NCBI GenBank assembly: GCA_964291285.2
Contig: OZ219787.1
Location: 992,001-1,056,000, forward strand
Origin: Alphaproteobacteria bacterium
GTDB lineage: Bacteria > Pseudomonadota > Alphaproteobacteria > Bin95
Length of the DNA: 64,000 nt
Direction of reading: 5' to 3'
Position 1 is the first letter of the stretch, and each line of letters begins with the position of its first letter. The notes beneath the pieces are model-generated. The model ran no database searches, was not told the DNA's origin, and saw only the letters and a program-made list of their open reading frames with translations. The position numbers and the translations under genes are program-made. Below are positions 20,869 to 29,751 of this stretch, one piece after another.

Positions 20869-21857
20869 ACGGCCGTCTCCGCCGCCCAGGCCGCGGCGAT
20901 TTCGCCGAGGCTCGCGGGCGGGCGTTGCAGCAGGCGGCGGGCGAAGGCGCGGGGGCGGGCCTTTTGGCTTTCGCGGGTCAGGTATTCGACCGGCGACTTG
21001 CCGTCCAGGCGCGCGAGCAACAGGCCCGGCAGCAGCCGCGCGGCGCGCCGGTCGAGCACCGGGTCCGGCCCGTAGCCGTCCGTGAGCGCGCGGAAGCAGG
21101 CCAGGTAGGCCGCTTCGTGCTGCGGTTTCCACACGCTCTTCAGCAGCATGTGGTTCAGGCAGAAGGCGATGTCGAAGGCGGGGTCGCCGTACCAGGCGCA
21201 TTCGGCGTCCAGGAAGACCGGCCCCCGGGGCCCGGTGAGAATGTTCTTCGGGCTGACATCGCCGTGGACCAGCGTTTCGCGCGTCGCCGCCGTCGCCTCG
21301 GCGAGCCCGGTCAGCTGAGGCGCAAGGTCCGGGTGCCGCTCCGCCGTTGCCAGAAGGTAGGGCTCCAGCCGGATGGCGTGGAAGATCGCGTCCGTGGCGA
21401 AGGCGGCGGCGGTCGCCTTGTCGCCTTGATGCCTGCGGTGGATGACGGCGAGTCGCCGGCCGACCTCGCGCGCGAAGGCGGGATCGGCGCGGCCGGCGGC
21501 GAGCTCCGCTTTCCAGACGGGGTGCGTCTTCGGCTCGAGCCACGCCATGGCAAGCGCGCCCGCTTTTCTGTCCTGCCCCAGCAGGCGCGGCGCGGCCTCC
21601 GGCAGCAGCGCGTTCACGGCCGCCAGCCAGCCCGCTTCCGAGCCGTTGCGCTCGACCGGGGCGCGCCAGTCCGCCTTCACCTTGAGGCGAGGCAGCGCGC
21701 GCTTGACGCAGACGGGACCCGCTGCCGTCTGGACCCGGTAGATGTCCGAGGAGACGCCGCCCTCCAGCGGCTCGAAGCGGGGCCGCTCCTCCGCGCCGGC
21801 AAGCCCCATGCGGCGGAGCGCGGCGGTGAGCGCGGCAGTGTCCCCGGTTTCGTTCAT
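20865..21857 (-). CDS. APH/choline-kinase-like phosphotransferase
   Basis: LEGGVSSDIY, VCVKRAL, HGDVSPKNIL, FLDAECAWYGDPAFD; overlaps the enolase start. Confidence 0.85.
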   Translation of the reverse strand: MNETGDTAALTAALRRMGLAGAEERPRFEPLEGGVSSDIYRVQTAAGPVCVKRALPRLKVKADWRAPVERNGSEAGWLAAVNALLPEAAPRLLGQDRKAGALAMAWLEPKTHPVWKAELAAGRADPAFAREVGRRLAVIHRRHQGDKATAAAFATDAIFHAIRLEPYLLATAERHPDLAPQLTGLAEATAATRETLVHGDVSPKNILTGPRGPVFLDAECAWYGDPAFDIAFCLNHMLLKSVWKPQHEAAYLACFRALTDGYGPDPVLDRRAARLLPGLLLARLDGKSPVEYLTRESQKARPRAFARRLLQRPPASLGEIAAAWAAETAV

Positions 21858-21902
21858 GGGCGGCGTTCCGGCATGACAGGAAGAGCGCCGCCGCACCGGC
21901 CC

Positions 21903-22940
21903 TCAGGCGGCCGCCATCGCATAGACGCCGCCCACCTCGTCCGGCAGCTCGACTTGCGCCCAGCTTTCACCGCCGTCCTCGGTGCCGAAGGTGCGCCCGC
22001 CGCGCGCCCCGCACCAGACGCGGTCCGGGTCGGAGGCGCTCTCCGCGACGATCATCAGCGTCGAGTTGACATCGACGCCTTTGTCGAACCGCTCCCAGGT
22101 CTCGCCGAGGTCTGTGCTGCGCCAGAGCGAGCCGGCATCGCTGGTGGCGGCCTTGCTGAACGCGCCGAAGAGCGTCTTCGGGTCGTGCCGCGAGACCGTG
22201 ACGTCGCGGGCGTAGGTCAGCGGCGAGTAGTCGCCGATGCCCATTTCGCGCCATGTCTCGCCCCGGTCGTCGGAGCGGAAGAGGCCCATGCGGGTGGCGA
22301 GGAACACCGTGCCGGGCAGGGCGGAGCTGATTGCCAGCGAGTGCGTGTCCATCATGCCTTCGCTGTCCATGTCGGAGCCGATGGCGCTCTTCAGGTGCTC
22401 CTGGCCCGCAAGGCGCAGCAGGTCCCCATTGCAGCTTTCCCAGGTATCGCCGCCGTCGAGCGAGCGCAGCACGCCGCCGACTTCCAGCCCCGCATAAATC
22501 TCGTCCGGCGCGCTCGGGTCCGCGGTCATGCGGATGACGCGCGTCGGGAAGCCCATGTCGCAATGCCCTTCAGGCACCGCCGGGTGGAGCCGCTCCCAGC
22601 GCGCGCCGCCATTGGTGCTGCGGTAGATGGAGGTGCCCGTGGTGCCGGCATAGAGCGTGTCCGGGTCGCCCGGCCGCGCCATCACCGACCATGTTGTCCG
22701 GTCCTCCGACGGCAGGTTGAGCGAGCGCCAACTCTCGCCCCCGTCCTCGCTGACATAGGGCCCGGCCTGCGTGCCGGCATATGCCTTCTCGCCGACAAAG
22801 CCGAGCGCGCGGATTTCCGGCTCTTCCGGCAGCCCCCGGCTCACCCGTTGCCATTCCGTGTCGGCCCCGGCCAGCCTGAAGAGCCCCTGGCGATGCTTCA
22901 TGCCGGGCTGTGCGGCCCCGGCGAGAACGATGCGGTCCAT
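21903..22940 (-). CDS. BNR/Asp-box repeat beta-propeller protein
   Basis: Repeated SxDGGxxW boxes (SEDGGESW, STNGGARW, SLDGGDTW, SDDRGETW, STDLGETW, TEDGGESW). Confidence 0.85.
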   Translation of the reverse strand: MDRIVLAGAAQPGMKHRQGLFRLAGADTEWQRVSRGLPEEPEIRALGFVGEKAYAGTQAGPYVSEDGGESWRSLNLPSEDRTTWSVMARPGDPDTLYAGTTGTSIYRSTNGGARWERLHPAVPEGHCDMGFPTRVIRMTADPSAPDEIYAGLEVGGVLRSLDGGDTWESCNGDLLRLAGQEHLKSAIGSDMDSEGMMDTHSLAISSALPGTVFLATRMGLFRSDDRGETWREMGIGDYSPLTYARDVTVSRHDPKTLFGAFSKAATSDAGSLWRSTDLGETWERFDKGVDVNSTLMIVAESASDPDRVWCGARGGRTFGTEDGGESWAQVELPDEVGGVYAMAAA

Positions 22941-23135
22941 GATGCGTGCCCTCCGCTGTCAGGCCGGGAGTGTAGCACTGCCGCACAAACGGTCGAAGCC
23001 GAACCGGAGCCAGCCGGACCGGCCCTTCGCAGCGCTTTCGGACAGGCAACCGGGGCGTTGAAGGCTGCCCTGCGAGACCGCACGACGCCAGGCGACGCAC
23101 GAAACCGTCCGGCCCATAGAGTCCACTCCACGCAA

Positions 23136-23552
23136 GTGTCATGAGATGTCATGATCTGCATGTGCACAGCACATATGCTGTGATTCTTTCGGGCATGGCG
23201 CCGCCGTTTCGGGCGGTAGCTCCGGTTATGTCGTCCGGTTTGTCCGACTTCGCGTCTTCGGCATAGCCGACTTCTCCTGAGCCTGTTTCGTTCCATTCAT
23301 CTCGCCGCCGGCTACCCCAGGGCGGCAGGACCCTGATTCGCGCATATCGTGCGCGGGCGCCTGTGCCGGCGCGGGTGCGTGTCGGCGCCGGCGCGGTTCG
23401 CGCGCCTGATTGCGCGCACGCGAGGCAAGCGCAGGACGCACCTCACCTGTCGGCTGAATCGGGGTCGTTCCGCACCGGGCCGGCGCGGGCGGAAAGCGGC
23501 TCCGGATGCCTCCTCCCTCGCACTCATCATATCACAATTTCTGAAAATACAA
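23136..23552 (-). repeat. Dispersed non-coding element, copy 1 (candidate ncRNA or non-autonomous element)
   Basis: Collinear blocks shared with 55861-56355: TGTCATG repeats, ATATGCTGT, a 41-bp identical core at 23377-23417, GCGGCTCCGGA, and a minus-strand TG-n-TATGAT. Confidence 0.75.
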
Positions 23553-23685
23553 GCCAAGAATGGAGAAATATTGCCTAAATACAAAATGCGTACTGCCCCT
23601 TTCACTGCCCCGCCCGAGGCCGGGATGACGGATGGGGCCATGCGACGCCCGGCCAGCTGCCGGGGATGTGAGAAGCCGGCAGGAG

Positions 23686-25440
23686 TCAGATCGGGGCGGT
23701 GGCGGCTTCGAGCCAGAGCGGGTCTTCGCAGGCGGCGATGTCGCGCACCCGGGCGTGGTAGCCGTTCAGCCAGTCGCGCTCGGCGGGGGTAAGGAGCACG
23801 GTGTCGATCAGGCGGCGGTCGATGGGCGCGAAGGTCAGCGTCTCGAAGCTCAGCATCTCCGGGACATCCGGGTCCTCGCGCACCAGCAACAGGTTCTCGA
23901 TGCGGATGCCGAAGGCGCCGGGCTCGTAATAGCCGGGTTCGTTGGAAAGGATCATGCCCGGCAACAGGGCTTCGTCGCCGCGCCTGGAGATGCGCTGCGG
24001 GCCCTCATGCACCGAGAGATAGCTGCCGACGCCGTGGCCCGTGCCGTGGTCGAAGTCGAGCCCTCCCTGCCAGAGCGGCGCGCGGGCGAGCGTGTCGAGC
24101 TGGGCGCCGGTGGTGCCCTCGGGAAACCGCGCCGTGGCGAGCGCGATATGCCCCTTCAGCACGCGCGTGAAGCAGGCGCGCTGATGGTCGGTCGGAATCC
24201 CGATGACGACCGTGCGGGTGATGTCCGTGGTGCCGTCGAGGAACTGCGCGCCGGAGTCCACCAGGTAGAGCATATCCGGCGCGAGCGTTCGGTCGGTGGC
24301 CTCGGTCACGCCGTAATGGACGATGGCGCCGTTCGGCCCCGCCCCGGAGATGGTCGGGAAGCTCAGGTCGCGGAAGAGCGGCAGCTTCTCCCTGTAGCCG
24401 CGCAGGCGGGCGGCGGCGGAACGCTCCGTCTGCCGGCCGGACGTGCCTTCGCGGTCGAGCCAGGCGAGGAAGTCCGCCACCGCGCCGGCGTCGCGGCGGT
24501 GCGCAGCCCGCGTTCCTGCGATCTCGCCTTCGTTCTTGCAGGCCTTGGGCAGGATGCAGGGGTCGCGCTCGCGTACGATCTCCGCGCCCGCCGCTTCCAG
24601 CCGCGAGAGGACCCAGGCCGGCGCGCGGGCGGCATCGACCTGCACCGTCTTGCCCGCGAGCGCGTCGAGTGCCGGCCCGAACGCCTCCGGCGGCGCCAGC
24701 GACACCTCATTGCCGAGATGGGTGCCTAAACCCGGCGCCGGCTTCGCCGGATCGACGAACAGCGACACCCTCCCTTCGCGGTCCAGCAGCGCGAAGCAGA
24801 GCGGCAGGGGCGTGTGGGCCACGTCGCCGCCGCGCACATTGAGCAGCCAGGCGATGGAGTCCGGCAGGGTCAGCACGGCGCCGTCGCGGCCGGCCCCGGC
24901 GAGCGCGGCGGCGAGCTCGCGGCGCTTGTCGGCGGAGTCCCGGCCGGCATGGACGATGTCATGCGCGACGATCGGCGCGCTCGGCGGGGCGGGCCGGTCG
25001 GTCCAGACCGCGTCCAGCGGATTCTCCGCGCAGGCGACCAGGCGGCCGCCTGCCCTGCCGGCGGCTTCCTCGAACTTCCGGACCTCCTTTTCCACATGCA
25101 GCCAGGGGTCGTAGCCGAGCGCGCCGCCGGGAGGCAGGTTCGCCGCAATCCATTCGTCCGGCGGATCGTCGCTTATGTGGAGGCACGCGAAGACCTCCGT
25201 ATCCACCTGCTCCGGCATTTGCAGCGTGTAGCGGCCGTCGCTGAACACCGCGCCCTTTTCCAGCAGCAGGATCGCGATTCCGGCCGAACCGGTGAAGCCC
25301 GTAAGCCAGGCCAGCCGCGCTGCGCTCGGCGGCACATATTCGCCTTGGTGCTCGTCGGCGCGCGGCACGAGGAAGCCGTCGAGGCCCCGCCGGCGCAGTT
25401 CGGCGCGGAGCGCGTCCACGGCCGCCCGGCGGCCGTTCAT
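23686..25440 (-). CDS. pepP: Xaa-Pro aminopeptidase (M24B)
   Basis: DEHQGEY, WLTGFTGSAG, DGRY, DSGAQFLDGTTDITRT, HGTGHGVG, SNEPGYY, GIRIENL. Confidence 0.92.
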   Translation of the reverse strand: MNGRRAAVDALRAELRRRGLDGFLVPRADEHQGEYVPPSAARLAWLTGFTGSAGIAILLLEKGAVFSDGRYTLQMPEQVDTEVFACLHISDDPPDEWIAANLPPGGALGYDPWLHVEKEVRKFEEAAGRAGGRLVACAENPLDAVWTDRPAPPSAPIVAHDIVHAGRDSADKRRELAAALAGAGRDGAVLTLPDSIAWLLNVRGGDVAHTPLPLCFALLDREGRVSLFVDPAKPAPGLGTHLGNEVSLAPPEAFGPALDALAGKTVQVDAARAPAWVLSRLEAAGAEIVRERDPCILPKACKNEGEIAGTRAAHRRDAGAVADFLAWLDREGTSGRQTERSAAARLRGYREKLPLFRDLSFPTISGAGPNGAIVHYGVTEATDRTLAPDMLYLVDSGAQFLDGTTDITRTVVIGIPTDHQRACFTRVLKGHIALATARFPEGTTGAQLDTLARAPLWQGGLDFDHGTGHGVGSYLSVHEGPQRISRRGDEALLPGMILSNEPGYYEPGAFGIRIENLLLVREDPDVPEMLSFETLTFAPIDRRLIDTVLLTPAERDWLNGYHARVRDIAACEDPLWLEAATAPI

Positions 25441-26486
25441 GCCGCATGGCTCCCGGTCACGAAGGGCCAGAGCGCGTCCGCCCCCTCCGCCGCGATCAGG
25501 CGGCCGAGACGGACGGACCAGGCGCGCTCATTGCCGAACTCGTCCCGCCAGCACCACAACCTCCTCGTGCGGTGGTGCAGGGAATGTTCGTAGGTGAAGC
25601 CCATCGCGCCGTGGACCTGGTGCGCAATCGCCGCCCCCTTGGACGCTGCCTCGCCGGCGCGCGCCTTCGCCGCCGCAATCGCCGCAGTGCCGGCAGGGCC
25701 GAAATCCCCGGCCGCCACGGCCTCGCCCGCGGCATCCGCCGCCGCTTCGGCCGCAGCCGCCTCGCCGGCGAGCTCCGCCAGCGCGTGCTGCACCGCCTGG
25801 AAGCGCCCGATGGGCCGGCCGAATTGCTCCCGCTCCTGCGCATATTGCACCGACTGGTCGAGCAGCCGGGAGAGCGCGCCCACCATCTGCGCCGCACGGA
25901 CCGCCGCGCCGACAAGCGTCAGGCGGTCCCGGTCGAGCCCGTCGGGCGCCGGGGCCGAGCGCAGCGGGCGCACGCCGTCGAAGGCGATGTCGTCCCGCGC
26001 CTCGCCGGCAAGGCTCGTTCCCGGCACCAGCGCGCAGGCCTCGCGCTTGACGAGAAGGATGCAGCCCGCCGCGACGAGGACGACATGCCCGGCCTGGCGC
26101 GCGAACGGCACCTGCCGCGCCGTGCCGGAGAGAACGCCGGCCTCAAGCTCGACGGTATCGGCCGGGCCGACCGGGGCCACGGTCAGGGGACCGCCCGGCG
26201 CGGCGAGGCCGCCCTGCTCCAGCAGCCAACCCGCCAGCAGCGTTTCCGCGAGCGGCGCCGGGACCGCCCAGGCGCCGGCTGCTTTCAGAATGCCGAAGCC
26301 GTCGCCCGTCTCCGCGCCGCCGCCGCCCAGTTCCTCGCGGACCCAGGCCAGGGTGAGGCCGCTCTCCTCCAGCGCCTCCCAGAGCGCGGCCGGCCAGACG
26401 CCGGTCTCCGCATCGTTGACGGCCTCCGGCGGGCAGAGGTCGGCAAGGATGCGCTCGGTGGTGTCGAGGACGATCCGGTCGCTCAT
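25437..26486 (-). CDS. Acyl-CoA dehydrogenase family protein (short partner subunit)
   Basis: REQFGRPIGRFQAVQH, HQVHGAMGFTYE; start MSDRIV overlaps the upstream ACAD stop. Confidence 0.88.
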   Translation of the reverse strand: MSDRIVLDTTERILADLCPPEAVNDAETGVWPAALWEALEESGLTLAWVREELGGGGAETGDGFGILKAAGAWAVPAPLAETLLAGWLLEQGGLAAPGGPLTVAPVGPADTVELEAGVLSGTARQVPFARQAGHVVLVAAGCILLVKREACALVPGTSLAGEARDDIAFDGVRPLRSAPAPDGLDRDRLTLVGAAVRAAQMVGALSRLLDQSVQYAQEREQFGRPIGRFQAVQHALAELAGEAAAAEAAADAAGEAVAAGDFGPAGTAAIAAAKARAGEAASKGAAIAHQVHGAMGFTYEHSLHHRTRRLWCWRDEFGNERAWSVRLGRLIAAEGADALWPFVTGSHAA

Positions 26487-27643
26487 CTGAGACCTAGTTC
26501 TCGGGCGACGATGCCCTTCAGCACCTCGTTGGTGCCGCCGCGAATGGTGGAGGAGGGTGCGTGGAGCACGCCGTCCGCCAGCACCTTGCCGTAGAGGTCG
26601 GGGGACTGGCTCGCTGCCGTTGCCGGCAGCAGGTTCCGGGCCTCGCGCACAAGCTCGCCCTCGAAGCGCGTGCCCATGTCCTTGACGAGCGCGGCGGCGA
26701 CTTCCGGCGCCTCGCCCTCGTCCAGCAGCTTCGAGATGCCGAGCGACATGCGCCGGAGCGCCATGGTCCGCGCCGCCAGCGCGCCCACCGTCTCGGCGTC
26801 CCGGTCGTCCGGCTCGGGCCCGAGTTCGCGCACCAGCTCCGTCAGCACCGGGAAGGTGGACAGGAACCGTTCCGGCCCGGAGCGTTCGATGGCGAGCTCG
26901 CCCGTCACCTGCCGCCAGCCGTCCCCGGCCTCGCCGACCACCGCGTCGTCCGGCACGAAGGCACCGTCGAACACGGTCTCGTTGAAGTGCCGCTCGCCGG
27001 CGATGTTGCGGATGCCGCGTATCTCGATGCCGGGCGATTTGAGGTCGACCAGGAACTGCGTCAGGCCGGCGTGGCGGGCCTTCATGTCGCGGGGCTGGGT
27101 GCGGACCAGCGCGATCATGTAGTGCGAGCGGTGGGCGCCCGAGGACCAGATCTTGCGCCCGTCGATCCGCCAGCCGCCGTCCACCTTCACCGCCGTCGTG
27201 CGGACCGAGGCGAGGTCGGAGCCGGAGTCCGGCTCGCTCATGCCGATGGCGAAATAGCACGTCCCGGCGGCGATGCGCGGCAGGATCGAGCGCCGCTGCT
27301 CCTCCGTGCCGTAGCGCAGCAGCAGCGGCCCGGACTGGCGGTCGGCGACCCAGTGGGCGGCGCAGGGCGCGCCGGCCGAGACCATCTCCTCGGTGACGAT
27401 GTAGCGGTGCAGCGCGGGCTTCCCGCCGCCGCCGTAGCGCTTCGGCCACATCATGCCGAGCCAGCCGCGTTCGCCCATCTTGCGCGACCATTCCGGCGAC
27501 CAGCCGGACCCCCAGCTGTCCGCCATCGGCGTGAAGCCGCCGGACGCCTTTTCCTCGCGGATGAACGCGCGGACCTCCTCCCTGAGCGCGCGCTCCTCCG
27601 GGCCGAACCCGACCCTCGGGAAGCGGAACCGGTCCCCCGTCAT
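26483..27643 (-). CDS. Acyl-CoA dehydrogenase
   Basis: GMSEPDSGSDLAS, GRKIWSS, HFNETVFD, TIRGGTNEV. Confidence 0.92.
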   Translation of the reverse strand: MTGDRFRFPRVGFGPEERALREEVRAFIREEKASGGFTPMADSWGSGWSPEWSRKMGERGWLGMMWPKRYGGGGKPALHRYIVTEEMVSAGAPCAAHWVADRQSGPLLLRYGTEEQRRSILPRIAAGTCYFAIGMSEPDSGSDLASVRTTAVKVDGGWRIDGRKIWSSGAHRSHYMIALVRTQPRDMKARHAGLTQFLVDLKSPGIEIRGIRNIAGERHFNETVFDGAFVPDDAVVGEAGDGWRQVTGELAIERSGPERFLSTFPVLTELVRELGPEPDDRDAETVGALAARTMALRRMSLGISKLLDEGEAPEVAAALVKDMGTRFEGELVREARNLLPATAASQSPDLYGKVLADGVLHAPSSTIRGGTNEVLKGIVARELGLR

Positions 27644-27749
27644 GCTCTCCCCCTTCGCTGGACTGGTGCGATTATGCCGTCAGGCCCGGCCGTCCTCAAT
27701 CGGCGCCATGGCCGCGCCCTTTTCGTCACCCCGCATGAAGCCGCCCGGC

Positions 27750-27778
27750 TTGACACCGCGCCGTATGTTCCCTATATA
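27750..27778 (+). promoter_or_regulatory. Sigma70-like promoter upstream of HTH gene copy A
   Basis: TTGACA-N17-TATATA; an equivalent sequence lies at 63209-63236. Confidence 0.6.
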
Positions 27779-27992
27779 CCCCATTCCACTGAGAAAACAT
27801 GCTGAGAGAGGCCATGACCTGACGGACCGGCGGCGGTTGGCGCCGCGCTTGCGCAACACCCGATCCGAAGGCGCGGGAGCCGGCGGCCGGAGCCCTCGCC
27901 GGCAGACGGGCGAAGTGCGGCCGGGCGGCGCGGGTGTCGCGGCCGGGTTTGGCCGAAACGGGAACCGGAACGAGAGAAAAGGAGGAACGGCG

Positions 27993-28418
27993 ATGGACGG
28001 ACCTGTGGACGGATTGCCGGCGCGGCGGCCGGGCCGGGCGGTGGGCGAGGACCTGCGGGCGGCGGCGGTGGCGGCGGTGGTGCGCGAGGGCATGAGCCAC
28101 CGCGCGGCGGCGCGGCGGTTCGGCCTCGCGCTGAGCAGCGTCGGCAACTGGGTGCGGCGCTTTCGCGAGCGCGGCCATGTGCGGGCGGACCCGAAGGGCG
28201 GACCCGCCTCGCGGATCGAGCCGCACCGCGAGCGCATCCTGCGCATCCTGGCGGCGCGGCCGGGGCTTTCCATGTACGGGCTCCGCGACGCGCTCGCCGC
28301 CGAGGGGCTGGTCTTCCACCCGGCGACGGTGCAGCGCTTCCTCCTGCGCCACCGCCTGGAGCGCACCCGCCGCCTCGCCCGCCAGCGCCGCAAGCGCAAG
28401 CGGTGGACGGAGCGGTAG
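27993..28418 (+). CDS. IS630-transposase-type HTH protein without a DDE domain (copy A, 141 aa)
   Basis: GRAVGEDLR..AVAAV.EGMS..AAARRFG...W.RR.RE.G...P.L....LR..LAAEG...TVQRFL matches IS630 OrfA; AGGAGG RBS; no OrfB downstream. Confidence 0.78.
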   Translation: MDGPVDGLPARRPGRAVGEDLRAAAVAAVVREGMSHRAAARRFGLALSSVGNWVRRFRERGHVRADPKGGPASRIEPHRERILRILAARPGLSMYGLRDALAAEGLVFHPATVQRFLLRHRLERTRRLARQRRKRKRWTER

Positions 28419-28477
28419 CGGCGCGGGAGGCGGCAGGGGCGTGCCGAGAGGCCCTCCCCGGTCGCCGTCCTTCGAAA

Positions 28478-28578
28478 CCCTCATCCTGAGTAGCCGACCG
28501 GAGGGAGGCGTATCGAAGGACGGCTGCCGACGGAGCGATCCTTCGATACGCCGCGGGCGCGGCTACTCAGGATGAGGG
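28478..28578. repeat. REP/MITE-like palindrome (family CCCTCATCCTGAGTAGCCG)
   Basis: 19-bp perfect terminal inverted repeat plus inner GGCGTATCGAAGGA/TCCTTCGATACGCC; further copies at 62892-63140. Confidence 0.85.
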
Positions 28579-28635
28579 GGCCGGCACAGCCCGATTCACC
28601 GCCCCGGTCCCCAATCCCTGCCGGCCTCACGCATC

Positions 28636-29751
28636 TCAATCGCGCCCACAAAGGAGTGGTTCATCCACGATGCGCAACAGGCCGGCCCGGAGGTCAGAAG
28701 GAGGTCCGGCCAGATTCACGGTGGTGAACCGGAGAACATGGCCCTGGATCTGCGCGGCCTCGTCGACGGGGTGCTCCGTGGTCGGGTGAAGGAGTACGCC
28801 TTCGGCGAGCCGGGCGGACGGAGGAACGTCGACCTGGGAACGAAGGTAGGCGTAAATCTGGTAGAGGTGCCCGCTACGTAAGGTGTCTCGAAATTGGGCG
28901 GGTTTGAGCAGGGACGTGAACTTTGTGTCGATTACGATCTTTCGCCCGGTGTCCTTGTGAAACAGCTCGATGTCCGTCTCCATCCTGGGGAGGATTGCCT
29001 CAAGTCCATGCGTGCTGGCTTGGAGCGGCCAGTGAAGGACGCGCCCAGGTGAGACCGTCCAGCCTTGGTCCGAGAGGGCGACCCTGTAGAAGCCGTAGAC
29101 CGCGCGCTCGAAGAGCTTGCGAAGCCAATGCGGATCGCGGTCCGCCTGCGCCAGCAAGTGCTCGCCGCTGGTCTCGGTGGGCAAGGCGAGGTCGAAGGCC
29201 AGGCGGGCGACCGCGATCATGAAGCGGTCGTTGGCGTCATGGCGTCCGAAACGATCCGCGCTGACCTCAGGAGTCGAGGGCACTCGCCCGCCGACACCCA
29301 TTGCGCGGAGGTGCCGAGCGAGAGCCCGGCAGCGGTGCGCGAGGGGAGGTTTCGCAACTTCACGCGCGATAGCCTCCAGTGCGCCTCGGACATAGCGGTT
29401 GCGCGGCGTGTCGATGGTGAGGTCCTCGTAGCGGCACGCGACCTTGCCCAGTTGGATGAGTTGCCGGGACTCGGTGCGGAGGAGGTCGATGGTCCCACGC
29501 ACACGATCCAGGACGGCTGTTCGCGGTTCGTAGGCGCGATGGAGGTTTCGCCTCAACCGTTCTTCCACCGCGCGGGCGAGCAACTCGGCGATGAGGTCCG
29601 GGAGGTTGTCAGGCATCTTCTCGACGTCAAAACGGTCCGTGCCCCGCATCCGGAAGAAATCCGATGCGTAGAGCATAAGCAGCCAGACGTTGCGAAGTGG
29701 AATGCCGTTCGTCCCGGTGGCACGGGAGTTATGTTCGACCTTTGGATTCAC
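28636..29751 (-). CDS. mcrC: McrC-family restriction nuclease subunit
   Basis: IPLRNVWLLMLYA, DTPRNR, LFERAV, METDI...VIDTKF, HLYQIYAYL (PD-(D/E)xK); coupled to mcrB. Confidence 0.9.
   Translation of the reverse strand: MNPKVEHNSRATGTNGIPLRNVWLLMLYASDFFRMRGTDRFDVEKMPDNLPDLIAELLARAVEERLRRNLHRAYEPRTAVLDRVRGTIDLLRTESRQLIQLGKVACRYEDLTIDTPRNRYVRGALEAIAREVAKPPLAHRCRALARHLRAMGVGGRVPSTPEVSADRFGRHDANDRFMIAVARLAFDLALPTETSGEHLLAQADRDPHWLRKLFERAVYGFYRVALSDQGWTVSPGRVLHWPLQASTHGLEAILPRMETDIELFHKDTGRKIVIDTKFTSLLKPAQFRDTLRSGHLYQIYAYLRSQVDVPPSARLAEGVLLHPTTEHPVDEAAQIQGHVLRFTTVNLAGPPSDLRAGLLRIVDEPLLCGRD

Noticed and set aside
22898-23296. 132-aa ORF inside the dispersed element
   Set aside because: The matching block in copy 2 has in-frame stops and the product has no recognisable motif.
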